IMG/VR virus record: IMGVR_UViG_3300011429_000087
Coordinates: 64,001 to 128,000 of that record
From: a virus
Taxonomy: Duplodnaviria > Caudoviricetes
Length of the DNA stretch: 64,000 nt
Reading direction: 5' to 3' (one strand)
Positions 1 to 9,840 of this stretch are shown piece by piece. Made by a program: the position numbers and the translations under genes. Every line of letters begins with the position of its first letter. Position 1 is the first letter of the stretch. The notes beneath the pieces are model-generated. The model was not told where the DNA came from and did no database searches. It worked only from the letters and a program-made list of their open reading frames with translations.

Positions 1-1
1 T

Positions 2-169
2 TTAGAATTAATGACCGCTAATAGCAAGATGTCATTACAAGATTGGCGTAAGATTTGTCGGCGGGCCGGTGATCTATTTTTTGGCCCTGTTGAAGCGTTA
101 AAATATGGCATTATTGACAGAATAGAAAAAGACAATATCTGGAGCGGGAATAATGGCGAGAAAAAGTAA
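2..169 (+). CDS. ClpP-like protease, C-terminal fragment (runs off window start)
   Basis: My translation of frame 2 gives ...RRAGDLFFGPVEALKYGIIDRIE..., matching the ClpP C-terminal pattern D-x-F-x-x-x-EA-x-x-YG-x-ID; TAA at 167-169. Confidence 0.6.
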   Translation, partial: LELMTANSKMSLQDWRKICRRAGDLFFGPVEALKYGIIDRIEKDNIWSGNNGEKK

Positions 170-782
170 GATATATTCTTGTGAAAAAGGTCATAAGATT
201 TTATCAGACACAAAGAATGAACGAAGATTCTTAGCTGGTAAGATGGTCTGTGGCGTATGCGGCAACAAGTTTATAGAACATAAGTCTGCCTCATGGAGTG
301 CAGATAAACACTTTCTGTGCGAGAATGGGCATATTATTACTATCGCCGCGTTTAAGAGCAGAATGTGCAATTTCTCCTGGGGTAACGGCCAGCAAGAATT
401 TGTTAACGTCGAAATGTCGCCAGAGGCTTTATCAGATAAATTAAAAGCTGGAGAGGTTGCTTGTCCTGCTGGTGACGGTTCATGCAATAAGATTCTAGTT
501 GCTTTAGAGGATTGTAATTTACAAATCCCACAAATTATGGGTATTAAAACAAAAACCCGTGTAGGCGATATATGGGATCGTAGCGGATGCCCGGAACCTA
601 AAGCCGGTAGATATGACAAAAACTACAATTTCAAAGAATCTACTTTCACCAAGGTTAATAAAGAAAGAGTGAAAAATCTTCGAACGACACGGAATACTAG
701 ACCGGCCGGAGAAGTTATCAGTCGCCCAACTAAGCGAAATTATCGTAAGGGCGTCAGTCGCCCCACTAAAGAAGACCTATGA
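153..782 (+). CDS. hypothetical Zn-ribbon protein with basic C-terminus
   Basis: CEKGH, CGVCG, CENGH and CPAGDGSC motifs; ATGA overlap with dnaE. Confidence 0.7.
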   Translation: MARKSKIYSCEKGHKILSDTKNERRFLAGKMVCGVCGNKFIEHKSASWSADKHFLCENGHIITIAAFKSRMCNFSWGNGQQEFVNVEMSPEALSDKLKAGEVACPAGDGSCNKILVALEDCNLQIPQIMGIKTKTRVGDIWDRSGCPEPKAGRYDKNYNFKESTFTKVNKERVKNLRTTRNTRPAGEVISRPTKRNYRKGVSRPTKEDL

Positions 783-3700
783 AATCATTCACTCATTTGC
801 ACGTTCACTCTAGGGCGTCCTTTTTGGATGCGTCATGCTCTGCCGAAGCTCTAGCAAAACAAGCTAAAACGCTTGGCATGTCTGCGATTGCACTCACGGA
901 TCATAATAATCTATTTAATGCGATACCTTTTTATAAAGCGTGTCAGAAAAATGGTGTTAGGCCAATTCTAGGGGTAGAAATCAATTTCGTTGAAGATTGT
1001 GCGGAAAGTATTCAGTTAAAGAATAAGACGACTTATCATGTTGTGCTTCTGGCAGAAAATAATACTGGATGGCATAATATCGTTAAGATAGTTAACTTAG
1101 CTAATGATGAAAAACATTACTATTATACTCCACGTATTGATTATGCAACGTTAGAGGCTCATAAAGAAGGCGTTATTCTTCTTACCTCATGTCATGATGG
1201 CATTCTTGCTAGCCATCTAAAGCCCGGCGATGACGGACAGATTAATAATACATTCAAGGCCGATGCCATCGTACGTAAACTACTGACGGTTTACGACCGC
1301 GACCATTTCTATATCGAAGTTCAGGATATGGGCGACCCACTTTATCAGGTAATTAATGCTGCCTTACGAAAAGTGGCAATGAAGTATGGAGTTAAGACGG
1401 TCGCCACAAATGATATACATTATACCTATTCAAAGGATGCAGAAGCCCACAAGGCACTAAGAAGAATGGCCGAATTTCAGCGTTCTAACGCTAGTGGCAG
1501 CACATTTAATACTGATGAATATTTTATCAAGTCCAGAGAAGAAATGGATAAGTTATCCTTCTTAGATAGTGAAAAGGATCTATCTACAGAAATTGCTGAT
1601 CGGTGTAAGGTTGATATTAACTTCTCAGAAAAGCGTTTACCGTCTTATGGATTCTTGCCAGAAGGCAAGACCGCCATGCAGTATCTACGAGATGAAGTAG
1701 ACTCGAATACATCAGATTGGTCAGCGGAATATAAAGCCAGAATCGAAAAAGAATTAACAGATATTGAAGCACTCGGATTCGCCGATTACTTCTTAATTGT
1801 GTCTGACGTTGTTGGTTGGGCAAGACAGCAAAATATCATGGTTGGGCCGGGCCGTGGATCTGCTGGCGGTAGTCTTGTTAGCTATGCTCTTGGCATTACT
1901 AATATCGACCCAATGAAATACGGACTCATTTGGGAACGTTTCTTAAACATAGGTCGCAAAAGTCTACCTGATATTGATACAGACTTCCCACGCTCTAAAC
2001 GTACTCAGGTCATCGACTATATTCGTGCCAGATTCGGCCACGGAAAGGTAACGCAACTTGCGACCTTCAATAAACTGGCCGCCCGAGCCGTTCTAAAAGA
2101 AGTCTTTAAGATTTACGGCATGTCATTCGAAGAAGCCAATGCAATAACTTCGCTTGTACCACTAAAGAACGACGAGCACAGTCAAATCTCGCTTGACGAA
2201 GCGATTGAAATGGTTCCCGAACTTAAAACCTATGAAGAAAAATACAAGGCTTGGTTCGCGGTGGCTAGAGCATTAGAAGGCTGCTACAAATCGCTTGGCA
2301 CGCACGCCGCAGCAGTTGTGATCTCCAACAAGGATTTCTCTGAAGGCGAATATCCCCTTTGTAGGGCTTCAGATAACAAATCACTGATTTTTGCTTGGGA
2401 TATGCAGAGCGTAGACGATCTAGGACTTCTTAAGCTAGACGTTCTTGGTCTGTCTACTCTTGATATCATTCAAGATACGCTAGATATTGTTAATAGGCGT
2501 CACAAACTTAGTCTTACGCTTGACACAATTCCGCTCGATGATGCAAAGACGTTTACTTTGATGGGTGAAGGTAAAACGGTTGGCGTGTTCCAGCTAGAGA
2601 AACAGTTGGGTAAGACTTGGAGCAAGCAACTAAAACCTCAATCGCTCGAAGAGATATCAGATTTAGTTTCACTTATACGTCCGGGACCAATGGAGAGCCG
2701 GATGCATGAAATGTATCGAGACGTAAAGGCCGGCGAACGAATGCCAGACTATGTGCATCACTCCCTGAAGCCAATTTTAGACTCGACCTATGGTGCTCTC
2801 CTATATCAGGAACAGGTTATTGAGATTTGTAAAGTCTTGGCTGGTATGTCTCTAATCGACGCCGATCTTGTACGAAAGGCGATGGGTAAGAAGAAACCAG
2901 AGGAAATGCGAAAGTGGCAGAAGACATTTGTGGATGGTTGCAAGGCCAATCATATCCCGGAAGAGGCCGCAGACCAAATCTGGTCATATATCGACAAATT
3001 CTCTGGATACGGCTTTAATAAATCACACGGCATTGGATATGCTCTCCTGGCATATTATACAGCTTTCTTAAAAGCAAACTATACTATAGAATTTATTTGT
3101 GCCAATCTGAAGAATAGCGAAGGGGCACAGGATACGATGGAAGACATTAATCAATTTGTGCATGATGCAAAACTCTTCCATATTGAAATAATGCCGCCAA
3201 AGATTGAGGTTGGCAATTCTGGCTTTGACATTATCAACGATAAGCAGATTGCATTTGGACTCTCCTCCCTTAAGGGGGCGGGCGAGAAAGGCATAGATTC
3301 AGCCAGGAAGGCCCTCTTGGAGACAGAGAAGAAAACCGACTACAATAGCTTTTTGTTCAAGACTTATGAAGTCGGCGTTAATCGCCGCGTCATGGAAGCT
3401 TTAATTTATGGCGGTGCTTTTGATTCTTTTAAAATGTCACGTAATCAAATGTTTGCACACTTTAATCTTTATGAGTCATTAACAGATAATGAAAGGAAGA
3501 TTATTACTGATCATCCCAAGTATAATTGGATAGAAATTATTAGGGCATTATCTGACGACACCAGATCACAAACCATGAAGGATCAGTGGCAAATAAAAAT
3601 TCCAAATATTCGTCGTCGGGCGACTCTTAAAGAATTGCTCAAGACTTTTGATGGCAGTGATGCATTTGATAATTTCGTTTCCAAGCTTGCCTGGGAAAAG

Positions 3701-4033
3701 GAATTCCTGGGAATTTCACTCAGCGGAGACGAAACTAATTTATTTAATTCTAAGCATAAATGTAGTGATATTATTAACTTCGGTGGTGAAGATATGCCAG
3801 TAGAGGTTATTGTGCGTGTCGAAGGTATTAAGAAACATATGACCAAGAATAAAGAAGAAATGGCATTTTTAACTGTGGCCGATAATACTGGTAAATTAGA
3901 TAACTTTGTTGTGTTTCCTAGAACATGGGATTATGCAAAAAATCTGATAATCGTTGGAAATATTGCCAGAATATATGGTAAGGTTGATAAACGCGGATCA
4001 GTCTTGGTTAATAAAATGGAGCGGATGAGATAA
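779..4033 (+). CDS. dnaE: DNA polymerase III alpha subunit (PHP, catalytic, HhH and OB domains)
   Basis: HLHVHS, ALTDH, NDIHY, GRGSAGGSLVSYALGIT, PDIDTDF, KLDVLGL, YGFNKSH. Confidence 0.97.
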   Translation: MKSFTHLHVHSRASFLDASCSAEALAKQAKTLGMSAIALTDHNNLFNAIPFYKACQKNGVRPILGVEINFVEDCAESIQLKNKTTYHVVLLAENNTGWHNIVKIVNLANDEKHYYYTPRIDYATLEAHKEGVILLTSCHDGILASHLKPGDDGQINNTFKADAIVRKLLTVYDRDHFYIEVQDMGDPLYQVINAALRKVAMKYGVKTVATNDIHYTYSKDAEAHKALRRMAEFQRSNASGSTFNTDEYFIKSREEMDKLSFLDSEKDLSTEIADRCKVDINFSEKRLPSYGFLPEGKTAMQYLRDEVDSNTSDWSAEYKARIEKELTDIEALGFADYFLIVSDVVGWARQQNIMVGPGRGSAGGSLVSYALGITNIDPMKYGLIWERFLNIGRKSLPDIDTDFPRSKRTQVIDYIRARFGHGKVTQLATFNKLAARAVLKEVFKIYGMSFEEANAITSLVPLKNDEHSQISLDEAIEMVPELKTYEEKYKAWFAVARALEGCYKSLGTHAAAVVISNKDFSEGEYPLCRASDNKSLIFAWDMQSVDDLGLLKLDVLGLSTLDIIQDTLDIVNRRHKLSLTLDTIPLDDAKTFTLMGEGKTVGVFQLEKQLGKTWSKQLKPQSLEEISDLVSLIRPGPMESRMHEMYRDVKAGERMPDYVHHSLKPILDSTYGALLYQEQVIEICKVLAGMSLIDADLVRKAMGKKKPEEMRKWQKTFVDGCKANHIPEEAADQIWSYIDKFSGYGFNKSHGIGYALLAYYTAFLKANYTIEFICANLKNSEGAQDTMEDINQFVHDAKLFHIEIMPPKIEVGNSGFDIINDKQIAFGLSSLKGAGEKGIDSARKALLETEKKTDYNSFLFKTYEVGVNRRVMEALIYGGAFDSFKMSRNQMFAHFNLYESLTDNERKIITDHPKYNWIEIIRALSDDTRSQTMKDQWQIKIPNIRRRATLKELLKTFDGSDAFDNFVSKLAWEKEFLGISLSGDETNLFNSKHKCSDIINFGGEDMPVEVIVRVEGIKKHMTKNKEEMAFLTVADNTGKLDNFVVFPRTWDYAKNLIIVGNIARIYGKVDKRGSVLVNKMERMR

Positions 4034-4272
4034 TGCAATACGAATATAAAATTATAGAACTAGCATTGCCAGCCGAATTAACGGCGGCTATTACTAATAG
4101 TTTCTTAGGAAATCCTCTTCCAACAGAAGTCCGCAAACAAATTAATATTGTTGTTCAAAATGAATTAAACGAATTAGGTAAAAAGGGTTGGCTACTGCAT
4201 AATAGTGGGTTAGCTACTTTACCAACTTTACTGGTTTATAAAACCAAAGGAGTAAGAAAAAATGTCAGATAA
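4033..4272 (+). CDS. hypothetical protein (DUF4177-like)
   Basis: QYEYKII...LNELGKKGW pattern; coupled to both neighbours. Confidence 0.6.
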   Translation: MQYEYKIIELALPAELTAAITNSFLGNPLPTEVRKQINIVVQNELNELGKKGWLLHNSGLATLPTLLVYKTKGVRKNVR

Positions 4273-4675
4273 GATTGCACAGACACTCACCGGCCGCATC
4301 TTCAAAGAGGTGGTTGTAGGTGAAAAGTCAATTCGAGTTGAGGTTGTATCAAACCTCTACCAGAAGTCAGAAGACCCGAAGAATAACACGCATCCACTCT
4401 TCACAACGGTTGTTTTAACCGGCGGCCTTATGAAGCTCTGGTCCGGCCGTCTAGGCGAGCTAGTGAAGGGTGCAAGAGTCTTTGTTCACGGGGATTGGAA
4501 CTTCTCTCTCTTTACAAAGAAGGACGGCACGGCCGGTTTTTCAGGGTCGATTTTCCCTTCTATTCTTGAGGTAAATCCTCCACGATCAGCGGGTACAGCC
4601 CCTTCGTCTGAAGCGGCTCCTGCGGTGCCAGCTACGGCACCAGCCGTAGGCAAGGAAGATGATCTCCCGTTCTAA
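4262..4675 (+). CDS. ssb: single-stranded DNA-binding protein
   Basis: OB-fold-like core (KGARVFVHG), Pro/Ala linker, acidic tail EDDLPF. Confidence 0.8.
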   Translation: MSDKIAQTLTGRIFKEVVVGEKSIRVEVVSNLYQKSEDPKNNTHPLFTTVVLTGGLMKLWSGRLGELVKGARVFVHGDWNFSLFTKKDGTAGFSGSIFPSILEVNPPRSAGTAPSSEAAPAVPATAPAVGKEDDLPF

Positions 4676-5075
4676 TATTGTTCGGCCAATCGCTTATAAT
4701 ATATGCCGCTTTAATCACTGTTCCGGTCTATTTGATGATTTATGTCAGATAGGTGAATTAATAGCAGATCGACTAGCCCATAGATCGAGTTCTTATATTG
4801 CCAAAGCAGTACGTCGTGCCATGTTAAAAGCAGTCCCTAAGAGACAACCGGAGTCTCTTCGGGACTGCGATTTTCCTATGACTAGGGATATTGAATTGAG
4901 GCCAGAGTTTTATATTGAGGAGTTATCGGCCTCCAAACAAGAACAGCAAATGTTTACAGACCATTATATTAATAATATTTCAGTAAATCAAATAGCAAAA
5001 AACAACAAAATATCTGTGACTGCTGTTTATCGTATTCTATTAAGACTGAGGAAGGATTTTGCTAATGTCATATAA
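4659..5075 (+). CDS. small sigma-70-like / HTH regulator
   Basis: Region-2-like DDLCQIG...SYIAKAVRRAM and region-4 HTH SVNQIAKNNKISVTAVYR. Confidence 0.6.
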   Translation: MISRSNIVRPIAYNICRFNHCSGLFDDLCQIGELIADRLAHRSSSYIAKAVRRAMLKAVPKRQPESLRDCDFPMTRDIELRPEFYIEELSASKQEQQMFTDHYINNISVNQIAKNNKISVTAVYRILLRLRKDFANVI

Positions 5076-6870
5076 AACCCGTATCTTGTTTGTTGGTGAA
5101 GCCTCATGTCTATCTACAGGATTTTCCACTTATTATCGCGAACTCTTACCGCGTCTTCATGCAACAGGAAAATATGAAATTGCAGAATTAGGAAGTTATA
5201 TTCGGGCAGATGATCCAAAGGCTATTGACTTCGTAGCTGGAAGATGGAAGTTTTATGGTGTTATGCCGACTAACGAGCAAGAAGCTGGATCGTATAATCA
5301 AGCGTCTAGTCATCCCCGAGATCGTGGCCAAAATATTAATCAATTCGGGGCTGGCAAATTTGATTGGGCGGTCGCAGATTTTAAGCCAGATATTGTTGTT
5401 GATATTCGCGACAATTGGATGTTGACTTGGCAGCTTCGCTCACCATTTCGTAAATGGTTTAAATTAGTATGGATGCCAACAGTGGACGCCGAACCACAGC
5501 ACGAAGACTGGATTAGTGATTACGAACAGGCTGATATTGTATTAGCATACTCAGATTATGGTATTAATACTCTGATGCGTCAGAGCCAAAAAATTAAAGT
5601 TTTCCCACGCCCAATGCGACCCGGCGTAGATATCAATGGCTTTAAACCAGAAGATAGAGAAATAACTCGTGGCAAATATGGCATTAAAATGGATGTGCCT
5701 ATCATCGGCACGGTCATGCGTAACCAATCTCGAAAACTATATCCAGACCTAATTGATGCGTTTGCCAGAATGAAAAAGAAATTTCAGGGCGAGTCAGTAG
5801 TTGATAAATCGGTTTTAATGTTACATTCCTGTTGGCCCGATAACGCATATTCGTACGATTATCCTAGACATGTGATGCGACTTCACGCATACTCTTGGCT
5901 ACCTAATCATTTTAAAGGATTAAAGAATTCCGTCCTACAGACCTTCATGTGTCATAACAAAGACTGTGGCAAGACCCACATTGGTTTTGCAATGGCTATT
6001 TATGGTCGTCCTATTCAACAGAATGTAGTTCCAATGCCTTGTCCACATTGTGGTAAGAATAGTGCCACTTGCCCCACGACAGGGCAAGGATTTAATCGTG
6101 AGCAACTATCCGAGATTTATAATCTCATGGATCTTTATGTTCAGTGCTCTATTTGCGAAGGTGACGGAATGCCAATTCAGGAAGCAAAAGCCTGTGGAGT
6201 ACCTACGCTTGTAATGGACTACACTGCAATGCGTGAGAAGGGCCGTTTTCCACAGGAATATATGCATTTTGCAAAGCATAAGATTACCGAGGAAAATTAT
6301 GGTGCCCATCGGGGAGGCGAAGTAATTAGGGTTGATAGATATTACTATGAGCCAGAAACGTCTTGTATGCGAGCATTACCAGACCTAGATGATATGGCTC
6401 AAAAAATGAGAGATATTATTACAAATAAAGAACGTCATGCCAAAATGGTAACTGATGCAAGACAATGTGCAGAAAATGTGTATGATTGGGATAAATTATA
6501 TAAGCAGTGGGAATTTTTGTTTGATAGTATTAAAATAAAAGATCGTACCAATACTTGGAATTCTCCAGTTGTTGTACACGAGACTCCAAAACCGCCGACG
6601 CCTCCAGATAATCTAGACGATGAAAAATATGTTGATTGGCTATATCTAAATATTATGAAATATCCTACGGTTGATACGAATGGTGCTCAAATGTGGCTAC
6701 ATCATTTAAAGAATGGTCTTTCAAGGCAACAGCTTTTCGACCAATTTGTAAATCTATCAAAGCAGCAAGATGATGATGAAAACTCTAGACAAAAGATTCG
6801 TGCTAGTGTCGCTCTTGCTAAGGGTGAGGCAGTAATAATGCCCACAAAGCCGAAGATGGAGTTCGTATAA
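5065..6870 (+). CDS. GT-B (GT4-like) glycosyltransferase with Zn-ribbon insert and DUF4214-like C-terminal domain
   Basis: TGFSTY, VMRNQSRK, EGDGMPIQEAKACGVP; CxxxxC/CPHC insert. Confidence 0.88.
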   Translation: MSYKTRILFVGEASCLSTGFSTYYRELLPRLHATGKYEIAELGSYIRADDPKAIDFVAGRWKFYGVMPTNEQEAGSYNQASSHPRDRGQNINQFGAGKFDWAVADFKPDIVVDIRDNWMLTWQLRSPFRKWFKLVWMPTVDAEPQHEDWISDYEQADIVLAYSDYGINTLMRQSQKIKVFPRPMRPGVDINGFKPEDREITRGKYGIKMDVPIIGTVMRNQSRKLYPDLIDAFARMKKKFQGESVVDKSVLMLHSCWPDNAYSYDYPRHVMRLHAYSWLPNHFKGLKNSVLQTFMCHNKDCGKTHIGFAMAIYGRPIQQNVVPMPCPHCGKNSATCPTTGQGFNREQLSEIYNLMDLYVQCSICEGDGMPIQEAKACGVPTLVMDYTAMREKGRFPQEYMHFAKHKITEENYGAHRGGEVIRVDRYYYEPETSCMRALPDLDDMAQKMRDIITNKERHAKMVTDARQCAENVYDWDKLYKQWEFLFDSIKIKDRTNTWNSPVVVHETPKPPTPPDNLDDEKYVDWLYLNIMKYPTVDTNGAQMWLHHLKNGLSRQQLFDQFVNLSKQQDDDENSRQKIRASVALAKGEAVIMPTKPKMEFV

Positions 6871-7535
6871 TGCGTCTGGACAATAAATGGACGGACGAAG
6901 AATTAAGATTTTTAAGACTATATTATCCTAATACTATCAGGAATGTTTTAATTGAACATTTTCCTAAAAGAACATACGAATCTATCAGGTCAATGGCTAA
7001 ACATCTTGGAATTAAAAGAGACAACGGTTTTAGAGATACTTCTATTTGTAGACGTGGACATCAAAAACTATTAGGATCTAAATGTATTGTATGTTATGAT
7101 GAATATCAAATTAATCTTCGTAATAAAGATCCTAAATTTTTTGCTAGAGCACAAAGAAAATATAAACAACGCCATCCAGAAACAGTTAAGGAAAAACATA
7201 TAAAACATAAGCAAGATTATCGCAAACAATGGTTGTCTTATCTTAGATTGAAATATAGTGATAATCCACATTGTGCAATATGTAATATTGAAGTTTTTTG
7301 GGAACATCCAAAACATAGAAGTCGAGCATGTTTAGATCATAGACGCGGCAACGAAATTATTAAAAAATCTCCAAGAACATGGATACAAAATAAACCATGT
7401 AACGAAACGAATATTAAGATATTTGAGTCATGTGACTTTGGTCTACTCTGTAATCAGTGTAACTTATTATTACCATCAGATCAAAACTATAGATTGACAA
7501 TGGTAAATAATCTTTTAAAATATTTAAGGCAATAA
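6870..7535 (+). mobile_element. putative homing endonuclease, Endonuclease VII-like, with N-terminal Myb/HTH-like module
   Basis: CAIC...LDH...GLLCNQCN; AT-rich; inserted between two GT genes. Confidence 0.7.
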
Positions 7536-7536
7536 T

Positions 7537-8799
7537 ATGAAAATATGTTTCGCCTCTCCGTGTCTGGACTTCTCAGGTTTTTCCTCGGCCTCTCGTAATT
7601 TTTTACATGCGTTATACGTCGCATCACAAGATCCAGGTAGTAATTTACAATTAACTGCTAGACCTCTGCGATACGATATGCCAGACCCGGGTGCGGAATT
7701 TAGACCAGAACCGTGGCTCTCTAAGTTGTTACAAGCATCTCTACAAGATGTTGATTGTTTAATTCAGGCAACTACTTGTAATATTGAAGCTGTGCCAAAG
7801 CCGGGCATACTTAATGCCCTATATACATTTTTTGAATTAGATAGAATACCCGGACCCTGGATAGACAAGGCGAATGAATTTGATTTCATTATTGTGCCGT
7901 GTCAATATAATGGCCAAATGTTAGTAAGATGTGGTATAACAAAGCCAATTTTTATTATTCAACCCCCGACAGACTTATCACGATATGACACATTTATGAA
8001 ACCGGTTGCAGATCCAGAATTGCCCGATCTATCTGGTAAAACCATCTTCTATAATATTTGTCAGCTTTCTGGTAAGAAGGGGATTGATTCATTATTGAGA
8101 GCATATTATGCGGCATTTGCAGATATGCCAGAAGAAGTCGTGCTAGTTCTTAAAACATATATTAATATGGGATTCCGTGGTAATGACCTGAAAACGGTTA
8201 AAGATTTTATTCAGAGAGTTAAACAGGGCTGCAATATTCCAGCAGAAAAGTTGCCGCCAGTATTGCCAATAGTTAATATATTTAGCGATAATCAGATTCG
8301 TGGACTACATACAAAATGTGATGTTTATGTAAATTCTTCTAGAGCAGAAGGATTTTGCTTGCCAGCGTTTGATGCTCTCGGATTTGGCAAAACATTAATC
8401 AGTAATAATTTCGGTGGTATGGCAGAATATGTAACGAAAGATACTGCACTTATATATGGCGGCTGTATCAGTAATGTTTATGATCAGCCACATCCCGAAC
8501 CATTCCTATATAGCGGTCTTTCAAGATGGTTTGAACCATCAACTGCACATATGGCCGATGCGATGCGGTCATATCATCTATTAAAAAAGGGTGCTGCGGC
8601 TGGTACGCTAGATGAAGAATCTAATAAGATATGGACATCTATTGCACAGCAACGAGAAAACGGAAAACAGTTGGTCCAAAGATATTGTCTTCAAAAGAAC
8701 GGCCCGCCTATTTTCGGACTTCTCAAGCAGGCTTTCGATAGTTGGAAGGTCAATGGAAGAGTTATATTAAGTCAGCCAGAGGCAAAGACAAATGAATAA
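7537..8799 (+). CDS. GT4-like glycosyltransferase
   Basis: SGFSSASR, KKGIDSLL, SRAEGFCLPAFDA. Confidence 0.9.
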   Translation: MKICFASPCLDFSGFSSASRNFLHALYVASQDPGSNLQLTARPLRYDMPDPGAEFRPEPWLSKLLQASLQDVDCLIQATTCNIEAVPKPGILNALYTFFELDRIPGPWIDKANEFDFIIVPCQYNGQMLVRCGITKPIFIIQPPTDLSRYDTFMKPVADPELPDLSGKTIFYNICQLSGKKGIDSLLRAYYAAFADMPEEVVLVLKTYINMGFRGNDLKTVKDFIQRVKQGCNIPAEKLPPVLPIVNIFSDNQIRGLHTKCDVYVNSSRAEGFCLPAFDALGFGKTLISNNFGGMAEYVTKDTALIYGGCISNVYDQPHPEPFLYSGLSRWFEPSTAHMADAMRSYHLLKKGAAAGTLDEESNKIWTSIAQQRENGKQLVQRYCLQKNGPPIFGLLKQAFDSWKVNGRVILSQPEAKTNE

Positions 8800-9829
8800 T
8801 ATAATGTATGTGCCACAAATGGCATCAGTAGTAGAAAGAATAAATTCGCCTCCCAAACTTGTTCAATGTATTCAGTGTTTGAATGAAGAAGAATTTATTG
8901 GAATAACTCTTAAGTCTATCTATGATGAAGTTGATCAGATTATTGTGATTGAGGGGGCAGTTACTAATCGTCCCAAATCAACTCCAGACGGCCACTCAAT
9001 AGATAAAACGTGGGAGATTATTCAGGACTTTGTAAAGAATCACGATCCTAAAAAGAAGATATTGCCAATTAGAATTAAAAAATTCTGGAAGAATCTGGAA
9101 GAATTAAAGCAAACCTTTATTGATCTCACGAACGATGGCGATTGGATCATTATTAATGATACTGACGAGATTTATAAGCCAGAGGATATTCGAAGGGTGC
9201 GTCGAGCAATAGAGCTACATCCGCACGCCTGCGAGATCATTCCTACTTTTCTCCATTTCTATAGAGATTTTAAGCATTTATATGCTCCTGCCGCAGAGTG
9301 GCAGCCGCAACATCAGCGTATTTTTAAGCGTATCAATGGTATGAAGTATCATAGTCATCCTATCGTCACCTTACCTGACGGTCATTGTAGTTACTTCTCT
9401 ATGCATATGCAACATCGTCGATATGTTCTCGACAAGTTCTTCGTCTTCCACTATGGCTATGCTCGTTCTGGCATGGATGAGACAATGAAAGAAAAACAAG
9501 AATTCTATAAAAAGGAACTTGCAGGACACGGCCGAGCCGACATTAAATTCGATACCAAGGTCAGTGAATGGATTAATAGGGCAGAAATGAATTCACACAT
9601 TCTTGAGTTTCCCTTAGAAGAACACCCTGCTGTCATTAGGGAACATCCCATGTTCAACTTTTCAGATGCAGTTTTTGCTACACAAAAATTTGCTTCTTGG
9701 ACAGAAGACAGATTATATTCTAAGGTGCTTACTAATCAACCATACGGCAATATTTGGCTATGCATGAACCAAATTTCCGCACCAGCACTTCCATTCTTTC
9801 ACAACCAGATTAGTTTATTATCTCCCTAG
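8792..9829 (+). CDS. GT2-like glycosyltransferase
   Basis: CLNEEEFI, SIDKT, DTDE (DxD), HYGYA. Confidence 0.85.
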   Translation: MNNIMYVPQMASVVERINSPPKLVQCIQCLNEEEFIGITLKSIYDEVDQIIVIEGAVTNRPKSTPDGHSIDKTWEIIQDFVKNHDPKKKILPIRIKKFWKNLEELKQTFIDLTNDGDWIIINDTDEIYKPEDIRRVRRAIELHPHACEIIPTFLHFYRDFKHLYAPAAEWQPQHQRIFKRINGMKYHSHPIVTLPDGHCSYFSMHMQHRRYVLDKFFVFHYGYARSGMDETMKEKQEFYKKELAGHGRADIKFDTKVSEWINRAEMNSHILEFPLEEHPAVIREHPMFNFSDAVFATQKFASWTEDRLYSKVLTNQPYGNIWLCMNQISAPALPFFHNQISLLSP

Positions 9830-9840
9830 CACCACAACCT

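Noticed and set aside
779-4033. Intein or intron in dnaE (also considered for nrdJ and thyX)
   Set aside because: Normal lengths, continuous motifs and no C...HN splice termini
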